NCBI GenBank assembly: GCA_963812015.1
Contig: CAWETI010000003.1
Span: 1,664,001 to 1,728,000 of the forward strand
Source: an uncultured delta proteobacterium
GTDB taxonomy: Bacteria > Desulfobacterota > Desulfobaccia > Desulfobaccales > 0-14-0-80-60-11
DNA length: 64,000 nucleotides
Reading direction: 5' to 3'
Positions 9,232-18,546 of the stretch are shown piece after piece. Every line of letters begins with the position of its first letter. The first letter of the stretch is position 1. The notes beneath the pieces are model-generated. The model did not search any database and was not told the DNA's origin. It saw only the letters and a program-made list of their open reading frames with translations. The position numbers and the translations under genes are program-made.

Positions 9232-10539
9232 ATGACCAGACTCGCCAAAATGATTTTAAGCCTTAGCTGCTGCTTGATAACCAGCCTAATCATTTTTGGG
9301 GAAGGCTGGCAGGGAAAAGGAATCCTCTTGGCGGCGGAATATTCCGGTCGGATAAGGGAAGAGATGGCATCCCGCTTTCGGGTCGAGGATGAGGAGGACC
9401 TTCACTGGAAGGCTATGATGCGGGGGGTGAGTAAAAACATGGGTCTGCTGGGCGCACGCGCTTATACCAGTGTTAGTTTTCATAACAATCGTGGTATTGA
9501 CTATGCTGAACAAGGCCGGTATGACCAGGCCATCCCAGAATTCACCAAGGCCGTGCAAGCAGATTCAACATCGATAGAGTCTTATTACAATCGAGGGACA
9601 GCTTATGCCCGCAGTTGTCAACCCGATCTCGCCATCGCCGACTTCAGCCAGGCGATAGAAATATATCCTAATTCGGTGGACTCTTTTCACAATCGGGGGG
9701 TCATCTATACGCAAAAGGGACAGCATGACCAGGCCCAGGCCGATTTCAACCAGGTCCTGAAACTTCAGCCCGAAGATGCTGATGCCCAATACATGCTGGG
9801 GGTGATCCACCTGAAGCAGGGCCAGAATGACCGGGCCATCGCTAACTTCGCCAAGGCGGTGGAACTGGCTCCCAACTTCGCCAAGGCCTACTGCAACCGG
9901 GGGGTGGCCTACGCCATACAGGGTCAGATGGACCGGGCCCTACCCGATCTGAATAAGGCTTTTGAGATCAACCCAAAATATAGCAAGGCCCTATATATGC
10001 GGGGGCTGGTCTATTCCCAGCAAAAGAAAAACGACCAGGCCCTGGCGGATTTCAATAAAGCCCTGGAAATCAAACCCGCTAATGACAAGGCCCATTATTT
10101 CCGGGGGATTCTTTACTATAACCTGGGTCAGCAGGACAAGGCCCTGGGGGACTTCAACCAGGTGTTGAAAATCAACCCCAAATATGTGGAGGCCTACAAT
10201 AACCGGGGAAGCATCTTTACGGCCAAGGGCCAGTATGACCAAGCCCTGGCCGACTTCAACCAGGCCCTGCAGATAGACCCCAGGCATGCCAACGCCTACT
10301 ACAACCGGGGAGTGGCCTACTTTAACAAGAGCCTTTATGATAAGGCCATTGTCGATTTCAATAAATCCCTGGAACTGGACCCCAAACTGGCCGACGCTTA
10401 TTTTAGCAAGGCCCTGGCTTTGGAGGCGGCGGGCCGCCAGGACGAGGCCCGGGAGGCGTACGCCGCCTTTATCCGGTTCGCCCCCCCGGATGCCAAAGAC
10501 CAGATCGAGCAGGCCAGAAGCAAAATCGGTAGGCGATGA
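9232..10539 (+). CDS. TPR protein, array gene 5
   Basis: Same architecture as gene 2; its stop overlaps the kinase start (ATGA). Confidence 0.93.
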   Translation: MTRLAKMILSLSCCLITSLIIFGEGWQGKGILLAAEYSGRIREEMASRFRVEDEEDLHWKAMMRGVSKNMGLLGARAYTSVSFHNNRGIDYAEQGRYDQAIPEFTKAVQADSTSIESYYNRGTAYARSCQPDLAIADFSQAIEIYPNSVDSFHNRGVIYTQKGQHDQAQADFNQVLKLQPEDADAQYMLGVIHLKQGQNDRAIANFAKAVELAPNFAKAYCNRGVAYAIQGQMDRALPDLNKAFEINPKYSKALYMRGLVYSQQKKNDQALADFNKALEIKPANDKAHYFRGILYYNLGQQDKALGDFNQVLKINPKYVEAYNNRGSIFTAKGQYDQALADFNQALQIDPRHANAYYNRGVAYFNKSLYDKAIVDFNKSLELDPKLADAYFSKALALEAAGRQDEAREAYAAFIRFAPPDAKDQIEQARSKIGRR

Positions 10540-13064
10540 AACTTAAACTCAAAAATTATCGGGTCATCAAAAAGATTGGCCAAGGTGGCATGGGGCTGGT
10601 TTATGTGGCCGAGGACCTGGCCCTGGGGAGGCTGGTAGCCCTAAAAGTTCTGGCGCCTTATCTGGTCCAGGACCCCGAGATATTGGAGAGGTTTCGTTTT
10701 GAGGCCCGCAACCAGGCGCAACTGGTGCATACCAACATCACCATGGTCTATTCCTTTCTGGTGGAGGATGAACAGGCCTTTTTGGTACTGGAGTTTATAG
10801 ATGGTGAAACGCTGGAGAACAGGATTAACCGCGAAGGCAGGATCGTCGCCATGGAGGCGTTGCCTATCTTCCGGAAGATTCTGGACGCCTTAGGTTACGC
10901 CCATTCCAAAGGTGTGATCCATCGGGACATTAAGCCCGGCAACATCGCCTTTACCTCCGAGGGCAATGTCAAGATTATGGATTTCGGCATCGCCCTTAAT
11001 ATTGAGGAAACCGGCCGCCTGACCAGAACCGGACACGTCCTGGGCACTCCCCATTACATGGCCCCGGAACAGATATTGGGTAAGGAGTTGACGTTCCGTA
11101 CCGACATTTATGCCCTGGGCATCACCCTGTTCGAGATGCTCACCGGCCGTCTCCCCTTTGACAGCAAGAGTGACTTTGAAGTCAGGGTCGCCCAGATCTC
11201 TCATCCTCCCCCTTCCCTCCGGGCATTCGGATACCAGGATATCACTCCAGCACTGGAGGAAGTAATTCTCAAGGCTCTGGCCAAAGAGCCGGAGGCGAGG
11301 TTCTCCAGCGCCAGAGAATTCCTCCAGGCCCTGGAGGCGGCGGTGGGACGGGACCATTTGGTCACTCGCGTTAAGGGCGTGCATCTGGACAAATCCACCC
11401 AGATACTGGAGGCAGACCGGGAGCCCGGGCCGCTGCCGTCTGAGCCGGAGGGGGAGGAGCCCGCGGCTCCCCTTGCTGAAGCGCAGCTGCCAAAGGCCTT
11501 GGGGCAACCGCTTCCGGCGCCGGAGAGAGAAGCAGCGCCTGGGCCGAGCCTTGACGAGGTCCAGGAAATCTCGGTCGCGCCGCCACCCCGTGAAGAACAT
11601 CCGACCCCGCCGGCATTCGAAGCCACGCCGGCAGCGCCTCCGCCTTCACCTCCTGAAGCGCAAATTGAAGAGTTCGCGCCGCCATCGCCTTCCCAGGGAG
11701 AATTAGAGGCAGCCTCTGGCCCGGCCCTTGCGGAACCGAAGCTGGAGGCCCCGGCTGTCCCGCCACCCTCAGAGCCTGAAGCGGAAGCGCCGCAGCCTCC
11801 TGCTCCGCTGTCTGAGCCGGAGGGGGAGGAGCCCGCGGCTCCCCCTGCTGAAGCGCAGCTGCCAGAAGCCTTGGGGCAACCGCCTCCGGCGCCGGAGAGA
11901 GAAGCAGCGCCTGGGCCGAGCCTTGACGAGGTCCAGGAAATCTCGGTCGCGCCGCCACCCCGTGAAGAACATCCGACCCCGCCGGCATTCGAAGCCACGC
12001 CGGCAGCGCCTCCGCCTTCACCTCCTGAAGCGCAAATTGAAGAGTTCGCGCCGCCATCGCCTTCCCAGGGAGAATTAGAGGCAGCCTCTGGCCCGGCCCT
12101 TGCGGAACCGAAGCTGGAGGCCCCGGCTGTCCCGCCACCCTCAGAGCCTGAAGCGGAAGCGCCGCAGCCTCCTGCTCCGCCGATTGCCGAGCCGCCGTCA
12201 AGTCATGAACCCACAACTCATGCGGTTCCAGAAGAAGCCCTCGTCGCTCCCGCGGTCCAAGCTAGTTGGTTTTCTCGACCCCGGCTGATTTTCCTCCCCC
12301 TGGCCCTGCTATCCGCGCTTGCCTTAGTCATCTTCTTTCGGGTCCTCTTTCCCCTCGGACCCTCACCGACTTCTCAAGGTCTGGCCCCCCTTCAGCCAGG
12401 GGCCACGCCTCAGAAGAGTGTGGCGCCTCCTGCCCATCAACCTGAAAAAAAGCCCCAGGTGGCGCTGTCGCCCCCGGTGGCACCCACGGTAAGCCCCGTC
12501 CCCAAAGAATCACTGTCGGCAAAATCGCCAGAAGTGGCAACAGAACAATCGGATAAAGAAAAGCCTATGCCCCTGGCAGCCCTTCCCCCTCCGGAGAAAA
12601 AGGCGGAAACCCCGAAGGCAAAGGGGCCCCAACCGGATGAACTGCGGAAAGCCATTAAAGACAGCTTGGCGGCCCAAGGTTTCTCCGACTTGGAGGTGCA
12701 GGTGGATGAAGGGAAGGGAGTGGTAATTTCCGGTAATGTTAAGAATGCAAGTCAGAAGAATAAAATAACCCAAATCATCAATGCTATGGGCCTGGCGGTG
12801 CCGACAGACTATAGCAGGTTGAAAGTCATGAAAGAAGCAGTGGCTAAGACTGTGAAAAGCAAGAGACCAGAAGCCCCCTCAACAACCCACGAGATACTCG
12901 AGACTGCCCCGAAGCTGGCGCTGCCCGAGGCCTCCCGCAAACCCCTGCCCCCCAAGCTGGACCGGGGCGGTAAAGAACCAGTAGCTGAGACTGTGGAACC
13001 AAAGGGACAGGCTCCTCGGAAACCTTTGCCCCCCAGGATAGACCGGGGCAATATTCAGTTTTGA
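10536..13064 (+). CDS. Hanks-type Ser/Thr protein kinase with Pro/Glu-rich linker, TM helix and C-terminal BON-like domain
   Basis: GQGGMG, VALK, HRDIKPGN, DFG and APE motifs; TM LIFLPLALLSALALVIFFRVLF; BON-like PDELRKAIKDSL...LEVQVDEGKGVVISGNV. Confidence 0.92.
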   Translation: MKLKLKNYRVIKKIGQGGMGLVYVAEDLALGRLVALKVLAPYLVQDPEILERFRFEARNQAQLVHTNITMVYSFLVEDEQAFLVLEFIDGETLENRINREGRIVAMEALPIFRKILDALGYAHSKGVIHRDIKPGNIAFTSEGNVKIMDFGIALNIEETGRLTRTGHVLGTPHYMAPEQILGKELTFRTDIYALGITLFEMLTGRLPFDSKSDFEVRVAQISHPPPSLRAFGYQDITPALEEVILKALAKEPEARFSSAREFLQALEAAVGRDHLVTRVKGVHLDKSTQILEADREPGPLPSEPEGEEPAAPLAEAQLPKALGQPLPAPEREAAPGPSLDEVQEISVAPPPREEHPTPPAFEATPAAPPPSPPEAQIEEFAPPSPSQGELEAASGPALAEPKLEAPAVPPPSEPEAEAPQPPAPLSEPEGEEPAAPPAEAQLPEALGQPPPAPEREAAPGPSLDEVQEISVAPPPREEHPTPPAFEATPAAPPPSPPEAQIEEFAPPSPSQGELEAASGPALAEPKLEAPAVPPPSEPEAEAPQPPAPPIAEPPSSHEPTTHAVPEEALVAPAVQASWFSRPRLIFLPLALLSALALVIFFRVLFPLGPSPTSQGLAPLQPGATPQKSVAPPAHQPEKKPQVALSPPVAPTVSPVPKESLSAKSPEVATEQSDKEKPMPLAALPPPEKKAETPKAKGPQPDELRKAIKDSLAAQGFSDLEVQVDEGKGVVISGNVKNASQKNKITQIINAMGLAVPTDYSRLKVMKEAVAKTVKSKRPEAPSTTHEILETAPKLALPEASRKPLPPKLDRGGKEPVAETVEPKGQAPRKPLPPRIDRGNIQF
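11439..12180 (+). repeat. Near-perfect in-frame 372-bp tandem duplication inside the kinase
   Basis: tctgagccggagggggaggag begins at 11439 and again at 11811; only a few mismatches between copies. Confidence 0.95.
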
Positions 13065-14542
13065 TCCGGACGTAGCCGGTAAACTTCCATCTCCTGTTTG
13101 CCCTTGGGAGTCTCCATCCGGCGCACAAATTCCGCCGGATATTGTTGCTTTACCGCCTGATAGGTTTCTCCTCCCAGATAGATAGTCCCCGGCTCTGCCA
13201 TGGATTGCAGCCGATTGGCGATATTCACTGCGGCGCCTAACGTGGTATACTCCATTCTCCTGGGAGATCCCATATATCCTGCCACTATTTCCCCAGTATT
13301 GATCCCGATCCGGATGACAAACCTCTTGTCTTCCGGCAGCTTGGCCACGAACTGCTTTTGTAACTCCAGCATTTCCAGCCCAGCCCGGACGGCCCGGAGA
13401 GGATGGTCGGGGTAAGGAAAAGGCGCACCGAATATGGCCACCAGGCCGTCCCCCATGAATTTGTCCAGGGTCCCTTCACCGGCAAAAACGATTTCCGTCA
13501 TCAGGGTAAAATAGTCGGTCAACAGGTTAGCAATCTCCTGGGGGTCCAGCTTCTCGCTCAGAAGGGTGAATCCTTGGATATCGCTGAACAAAACGGTGGC
13601 ATTGATTCTTTCTGATCTTAATAAAATATCCCCCTTATCGATACAGTCCCGGGTTATTAATTCCACCACCCCGGGAGAAAGAAACCGCTCCAGATTGCTC
13701 CGCAGCATGGATTCTCTGTGGAGTCTTTCATTGAGGGAAACTTTTTCTATGCCCGTGGCCACCTGGTTGGCAAACAGGGTCAGGAGGATCAAGTCTCCAT
13801 CGCTAAACCTGCCGGGCAGCGGATCTTCCAGGTAAATAACCCCTAAGACCTCTTGGTCCTTGAGCAAGGGGGCGCAGATGGCTGACTGGACGCCGCGCAA
13901 CACCATGGTCTTGGAAGCATCCAGGTCGTAGCCCACCAGCAGGGATTTTCTGTTGTGGATCACCTGCCGCACCACGTCTTCACTGAACAATACATCTTTC
14001 CCTATGGTGACGATCTGCCCGGGTTTGCCCTCGGAGTCAGTGAGCATCAATACACCTCTGGCCGCCCGGATGCTTTCCATGACCAAGTTCATGACTGCCT
14101 GTAAGAAATCAGGAGGGCTGGTTTCAGTGGTGAACATTTCACTGAGGCGTTCGAGGATAATGTAGTTGGAATCCAGCGTCTTATGATAATTCAGTTGCTT
14201 GTCGTTGATGATGAAATCCAGGGGATTAACGGTTACGGACTCCTGGCATTCGAAGAGCAAGGTATTCTTGCCGATTGAAATGGTGTCGCCATGAGTCAGT
14301 TTCGTTTTGCCAATGGCCTGGCCATTGACCGCGGTGCCATTGGCGCTCCCCAGGTCTTCGATGCAGTACGCGTTGCCCTCGAGGGCAATCCTGGCGTGGG
14401 AACGGGAAACGGTGGAATCAGCCAGGTTGATATCGTTGAAAACGCCCCTGACAGGATCATTCCTCCCGATCGTAATCACTTTCTCCAGAAGGTCGAAAAC
14501 CTCCCGTTTTCCCTTTTGCCGTTTTATGACCAGTCTAACCAT
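13055..14542 (-). CDS. FHA-GAF-class III adenylate cyclase
   Basis: FHA (IGR...VSRSHA...DLGSANGT); GAF (SAICAPL...LGVIYL); cyclase (FSDIQGFT, DKFMGDG, RIGINTG, VNIANRL). 3' end overlaps the kinase by 10 bp. Confidence 0.93.
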   Translation of the reverse strand: MVRLVIKRQKGKREVFDLLEKVITIGRNDPVRGVFNDINLADSTVSRSHARIALEGNAYCIEDLGSANGTAVNGQAIGKTKLTHGDTISIGKNTLLFECQESVTVNPLDFIINDKQLNYHKTLDSNYIILERLSEMFTTETSPPDFLQAVMNLVMESIRAARGVLMLTDSEGKPGQIVTIGKDVLFSEDVVRQVIHNRKSLLVGYDLDASKTMVLRGVQSAICAPLLKDQEVLGVIYLEDPLPGRFSDGDLILLTLFANQVATGIEKVSLNERLHRESMLRSNLERFLSPGVVELITRDCIDKGDILLRSERINATVLFSDIQGFTLLSEKLDPQEIANLLTDYFTLMTEIVFAGEGTLDKFMGDGLVAIFGAPFPYPDHPLRAVRAGLEMLELQKQFVAKLPEDKRFVIRIGINTGEIVAGYMGSPRRMEYTTLGAAVNIANRLQSMAEPGTIYLGGETYQAVKQQYPAEFVRRMETPKGKQEMEVYRLRPDQN

Positions 14543-14781
14543 CCTGCCTCCCCGGCTCTGTGCCCCCAGCGCCCTTTCACCTTATGGTCCAAGACCGACC
14601 CTCTTGTCTATTTGAGGATAAACTTAGCCTAAAAATCATTTTTAAGGAATACATTAACGCGTTGACGGGTTTTGCCATCGGCGAGAGGAGGTAAGACTGG
14701 CCAAGAATCGGGCTTCAACAAAGAGGATAAAAACCGGTTAGCATATTGCATTGTAAATTTAATATTGTGAAATGAATATAT

Positions 14782-14957
14782 CTTGCCAGACCAGAAACTT
14801 ATCGCCAAGCGCCAAGAAGCTGCAGATATGATCTCCATATCCCCCAAGGGCATTTGTGGGGCTTATAATTTCAGATGTAGGTGATAGGGGAGTGCCAGGT
14901 TACCGGAGGGAATGGCAGGGGAGCATCGGGTCGGAAAGAGTTGATATGCTCTGGATA
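14782..14957. repeat. Conserved non-coding element, copy 2
   Basis: Ungapped homolog of 3175-3350, same orientation. Confidence 0.8.
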
Positions 14958-15058
14958 GCGAAATTGACCTTTTGTGGGGGGATTTCCAAAATCCCCTTTT
15001 GGCCGATTACATTATGCCTTGATGGAGAGGTTGGCTGGTCAAGTCTGACCATTACAAA

Positions 15059-15346
15059 TCATTCCTTCCACACCTCGGCGGTCAGCGGCAGCTCATTGAG
15101 CTCAGCGCGAGCTTCGCTCCAGGTTGGGTAATGCTCCCTAAGGAGTGCCATGAAGCGATCGCTGTGGGTGGGCTCCAGCAGGTGCACCATTTCGTGAACG
15201 GTAACGTATTCGAGCAGATCCTTCGGCTTCTTCACCAGTTCTGTGAACAGGACGTAGTCCTTGTACTGGCTGGCATCCATGCCGCCGCGAAGTTAATCGC
15301 AGGAGGCCCAGAGAGAGGAGTAGAGGTCGGATTTTTTGATGGCCAT
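15059..15346 (-). pseudogene. Chimeric scar: HsdM N-terminus fused to the C-terminus of a YgjP-like HExxH metallo-hydrolase
   Basis: MAIKKSDLYSSLWASCD*LRGGMDASQYKDYVLF (HsdM start, TAA at 15293-15295) joined to TELVKKPKDLLEYVTVHEMVHLLEPTHSDRF (HExxH). Confidence 0.88.
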
Positions 15347-15462
15347 ATGTGTTCCTTGGAGAGGCTGTTATTTTCATTTTGTAATTTTTTATCTTAGAAG
15401 TACAGTAGAATACAACACTGTCCGGCAATGTCCAACAGGTAGCATGATTGAGGGAGGAAAAG

Positions 15463-16671
15463 ATGGCCCGCCACTACTCTACCAGGGATTTCTTCCGCCA
15501 GATGCCGAATGTCCTGCTTGCCCGCTACTTTCAGGATCGGGGCTTGTTTGGCAATCTTGATTTCGCCGCCATGAAGGAAGGCAAGCCGGATGAGTTATTT
15601 GCGGCATGGCTGGCTCTGCCAGACAATCACCGTAACGCGATGGATGCGGAATTTTGGGACATCTTCGAGATGAGCTGCGAAAAAGGCTTTCGGGCAATCA
15701 TTGACGAGGCGACCTGGCAAATGCAGGAAGAGCCGGATGCTATTATGTCATTTATTGAAATGCTGTCGGCCCTTTCCAACCACTATGAAAGGGCGATGAT
15801 TACCTATTTGGATCACAATATCCTCTGGAAGGGGGCGACGCTCTTCTATCATGCGGATACGCTGCCTTATTGGCGGAAACGAAAAAATCTTTCCCACCGA
15901 TCAGCAGCGGTGGACGAGGCCAGCGTTCAGCGATTGGCTGCACTGATCCGCAATTACTTCCACCACACCGAGGGACGAGGAAAAAACTGTGTGATAGAAG
16001 CGTTCCGCCGAGGTGAACTGGACTATTTTTTTGCTTACCCTGAAGACTATTCACAGCAGAGCATCGAGTGGGTAAATGGGGAGTTTGACCGTCGCCCGCA
16101 CAATCCCGCCTTCGAGGTTATTTATGTCTATTCACAAAAGGAAGGCTCGCTAGACATAAACCTTCGAGGGTCCTACAAGGCCATCGAGCCGCTCCAGGGG
16201 ATGTTCGCGCAGGCGATACTAAAGCTCGACGGACTGCCGCCCGACCCAAAGGACGAGCGCGTGTATGACCTGAACCCACTCCTCCAGAAGGGTTTTAATT
16301 TTATTTACGATGCCGGCAGCGGTATCGAAAGAGTGACGGTAAAAAAACTGCGCCTCTCTTCACGGGTGATTAGGGGCTACCGAATTACCCTGGAAGCCGA
16401 TTCGTCCGATAATCCCGATGCCGTCTACGATTTACTCGACGAGATCAGAGCATCCTTGCGCCTGAGTATGTATAGCGTCACCCAGGTGGAATTGGCCGCT
16501 TCGGTGGTGACGGATGCGGACAAGCCGGCGAAAAAGGTGACCATCCGCATTACTTATCCCAACTCCTGCTCGCTCAGGTATGACGAGATCGGGCTCAGGC
16601 TGCGCACCATGCTGGAAGCCTCTGGGATCGAACCCAAGGAGCCGCCCAAAAACGCCGGGGCTGAAGCATGA
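15463..16671 (+). CDS. Hypothetical protein of integrative element
   Basis: Long ORF; RBS GAGGGAGG before ATG 15463; coupled to the next gene (ATGA). Confidence 0.85.
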   Translation: MARHYSTRDFFRQMPNVLLARYFQDRGLFGNLDFAAMKEGKPDELFAAWLALPDNHRNAMDAEFWDIFEMSCEKGFRAIIDEATWQMQEEPDAIMSFIEMLSALSNHYERAMITYLDHNILWKGATLFYHADTLPYWRKRKNLSHRSAAVDEASVQRLAALIRNYFHHTEGRGKNCVIEAFRRGELDYFFAYPEDYSQQSIEWVNGEFDRRPHNPAFEVIYVYSQKEGSLDINLRGSYKAIEPLQGMFAQAILKLDGLPPDPKDERVYDLNPLLQKGFNFIYDAGSGIERVTVKKLRLSSRVIRGYRITLEADSSDNPDAVYDLLDEIRASLRLSMYSVTQVELAASVVTDADKPAKKVTIRITYPNSCSLRYDEIGLRLRTMLEASGIEPKEPPKNAGAEA

Positions 16672-17456
16672 AGCCGGTGGATGCACTGGTTGAGCTATGG
16701 GACCGCGTAGGCGCCAACCACGGTGCTGCTGTCCTGGTCAATTACGACGAGCTGCGTCAATGGCCGTCCGAAGCAGTTAAGGCTATGCAATCACAAAGGA
16801 TAGTTGCCAAGGCACGCCCAGCTGCCAGCGCCATCTGCCCTGGGTGCGAGGATGAGTGTGTAATGCCGGTGCATACCGCGCCCGCCGCAGCACGCAGTGC
16901 GGTGTCGTTCATCGTTTGCGACAAACGCAGCGACACCAATAGGGTGCCGGTTTCTGCCAGTCGGCTGACCCAATGGCAGTGCAATGCTGAGTTAGTGTGC
17001 GGATTTATTGCGGCTTGCCTGGGATTGCGCCGTCGTAACAGGCAAGCGGCTAACGTCGATCTGTGGGAAGTTGGTATCGCCACCGGCAACAAGCGCAGCC
17101 AGATGCTCTGCCTGCAAGCCGATGGCGGATTGACCCTGGTCGTTGGCGGCAACAAGGTGCCGTTGGCTGAGTTAATCAAATTTTGCGACGGGCAATACTC
17201 GCTTGACGGCGCCATGATCCTCCGGATGGTGGATGCCGCGATTACGGCTGACAGCCGCTACACGCCAAGTCTGGCCAAGCGCGAGGTCCGCAAGCTGGAG
17301 ACCCAAAAACTGCATGCAACCTGGCAGAAAAAATATCGTGAGCTGAAACGCAGTAAACCCGGAAAAACCGATAGCTGGTATGCGCAGCAGATTGCAAAAA
17401 TGGACATTACCCCGCAACGCAATTCCGGGACCATCCGAAAAAACATGAAGAAGTGA
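16668..17456 (+). CDS. Hypothetical protein with Cys cluster (CPGCEDEC) and basic C-terminal tail
   Basis: 262-aa ORF overlapping the upstream stop; possible Zn ribbon and HTH-like end. Confidence 0.8.
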   Translation: MKPVDALVELWDRVGANHGAAVLVNYDELRQWPSEAVKAMQSQRIVAKARPAASAICPGCEDECVMPVHTAPAAARSAVSFIVCDKRSDTNRVPVSASRLTQWQCNAELVCGFIAACLGLRRRNRQAANVDLWEVGIATGNKRSQMLCLQADGGLTLVVGGNKVPLAELIKFCDGQYSLDGAMILRMVDAAITADSRYTPSLAKREVRKLETQKLHATWQKKYRELKRSKPGKTDSWYAQQIAKMDITPQRNSGTIRKNMKK

Positions 17457-17694
17457 AAAAAGTTGGGCGGAATTTTTTCGCCCAATCCGCCCGCCTGCTA
17501 TCCCTTTATTTTCCTGCTCTTTATCTCATCCCCTTACCATTGTTCCATCCAAAATTGTCCATCAGATATTACCTAACCATTTGTATTTGCAAATAATGCT
17601 GCGCTGGTGCCCGGCGTTGCACAGGCATTGCATCGCCCAAATCGCCATAAGACGCTTCACTCAACAATCCACTACAACGTTAGGAGGTTTAAAG

Positions 17695-17937
17695 ATGAAG
17701 CGTACCATACTAAGGATTCCGGCTGTTAAGTTTGAATCAGGACTTTCTCGCTCCACCATCTATCAGCGCATTGCGGAGAGACTGTGGACAAAGCCGGTAA
17801 GTCTTGGCGCTCGCGCGGTGGGGTGGCCTTCTGATGAAGTCGATGCGATCAATTCCGCGCGCATTGCCGGGAAGACCGACGAAGAAATCCGCACCCTGGT
17901 GGCGAAGCTGGAAGCTGATCGGAAGGTTGCGAAGTAA
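17695..17937 (+). CDS. alpA: AlpA-family regulator / recombination directionality factor
   Basis: RBS AGGAGG; ILRIPAV...GLSRSTIY...KPVSLGARAVGW. Confidence 0.92.
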   Translation: MKRTILRIPAVKFESGLSRSTIYQRIAERLWTKPVSLGARAVGWPSDEVDAINSARIAGKTDEEIRTLVAKLEADRKVAK

Positions 17938-18062
17938 GGGAATATGAGGATGAATTTTTTGTCGACAGTCTTTTCACCCGATTTGATGATGGAATCGGTT
18001 TCGTCGGTTTCAGTCCCGACAAGCGGCGAAAATGTGAGCAGTACTCGATGCAGAGGTGAGTG

Positions 18063-18533
18063 ATGCAAAAACGACATCCAAACCACCGCCTCGTGAAAAT
18101 TCACCGCAGTTACACGGTGGAAGAAATCGCCGAACTGTTCGCCATTCATAAAAATACTGTGCGCAACTGGGTCAAGAGCGGCCTTTCCACAAGCGATGAC
18201 AAGCGCCCCATGCTTATTCTTGGTATTGACCTTGCGGCATTCCTTCAGGCCCGCAGGACGAAAAATAAGCGACCTTGCAGGCCGGGGGAGATCTACTGCG
18301 TCCGGTGCCGCGCTCCGAAATTCCCGGCCGCGAGCATGGCGGAATATGTACCAGTCACCGAAAAGTTTGGAAACCTGGTAGCGATTTGCCCGGACTGCGG
18401 CGCCATCATGAACCGGCGCGTCAGCTTGGCCAGGATCGGCCAGATACGCGGCGGAATGGACATCAGCTTTCCGCAAGCACTGGAACATATAGTCGAGAGT
18501 GCCAAACCCACCGTGAATAGTGACTTGAGATAA
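18063..18533 (+). CDS. Excisionase/MerR-like HTH protein with Cys4 Zn-finger
   Basis: YTVEEIAELFAIHKNTVRNWVKSGL; CVRC...CPDC. Confidence 0.85.
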   Translation: MQKRHPNHRLVKIHRSYTVEEIAELFAIHKNTVRNWVKSGLSTSDDKRPMLILGIDLAAFLQARRTKNKRPCRPGEIYCVRCRAPKFPAASMAEYVPVTEKFGNLVAICPDCGAIMNRRVSLARIGQIRGGMDISFPQALEHIVESAKPTVNSDLR

Positions 18534-18546
18534 GGGGCAATAAACC

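Noticed and set aside
3916..10539. Diversity-generating retroelement acting on the TPR genes
   Set aside because: No reverse transcriptase in the window, no non-coding template repeat, and differences are not confined to adenines.
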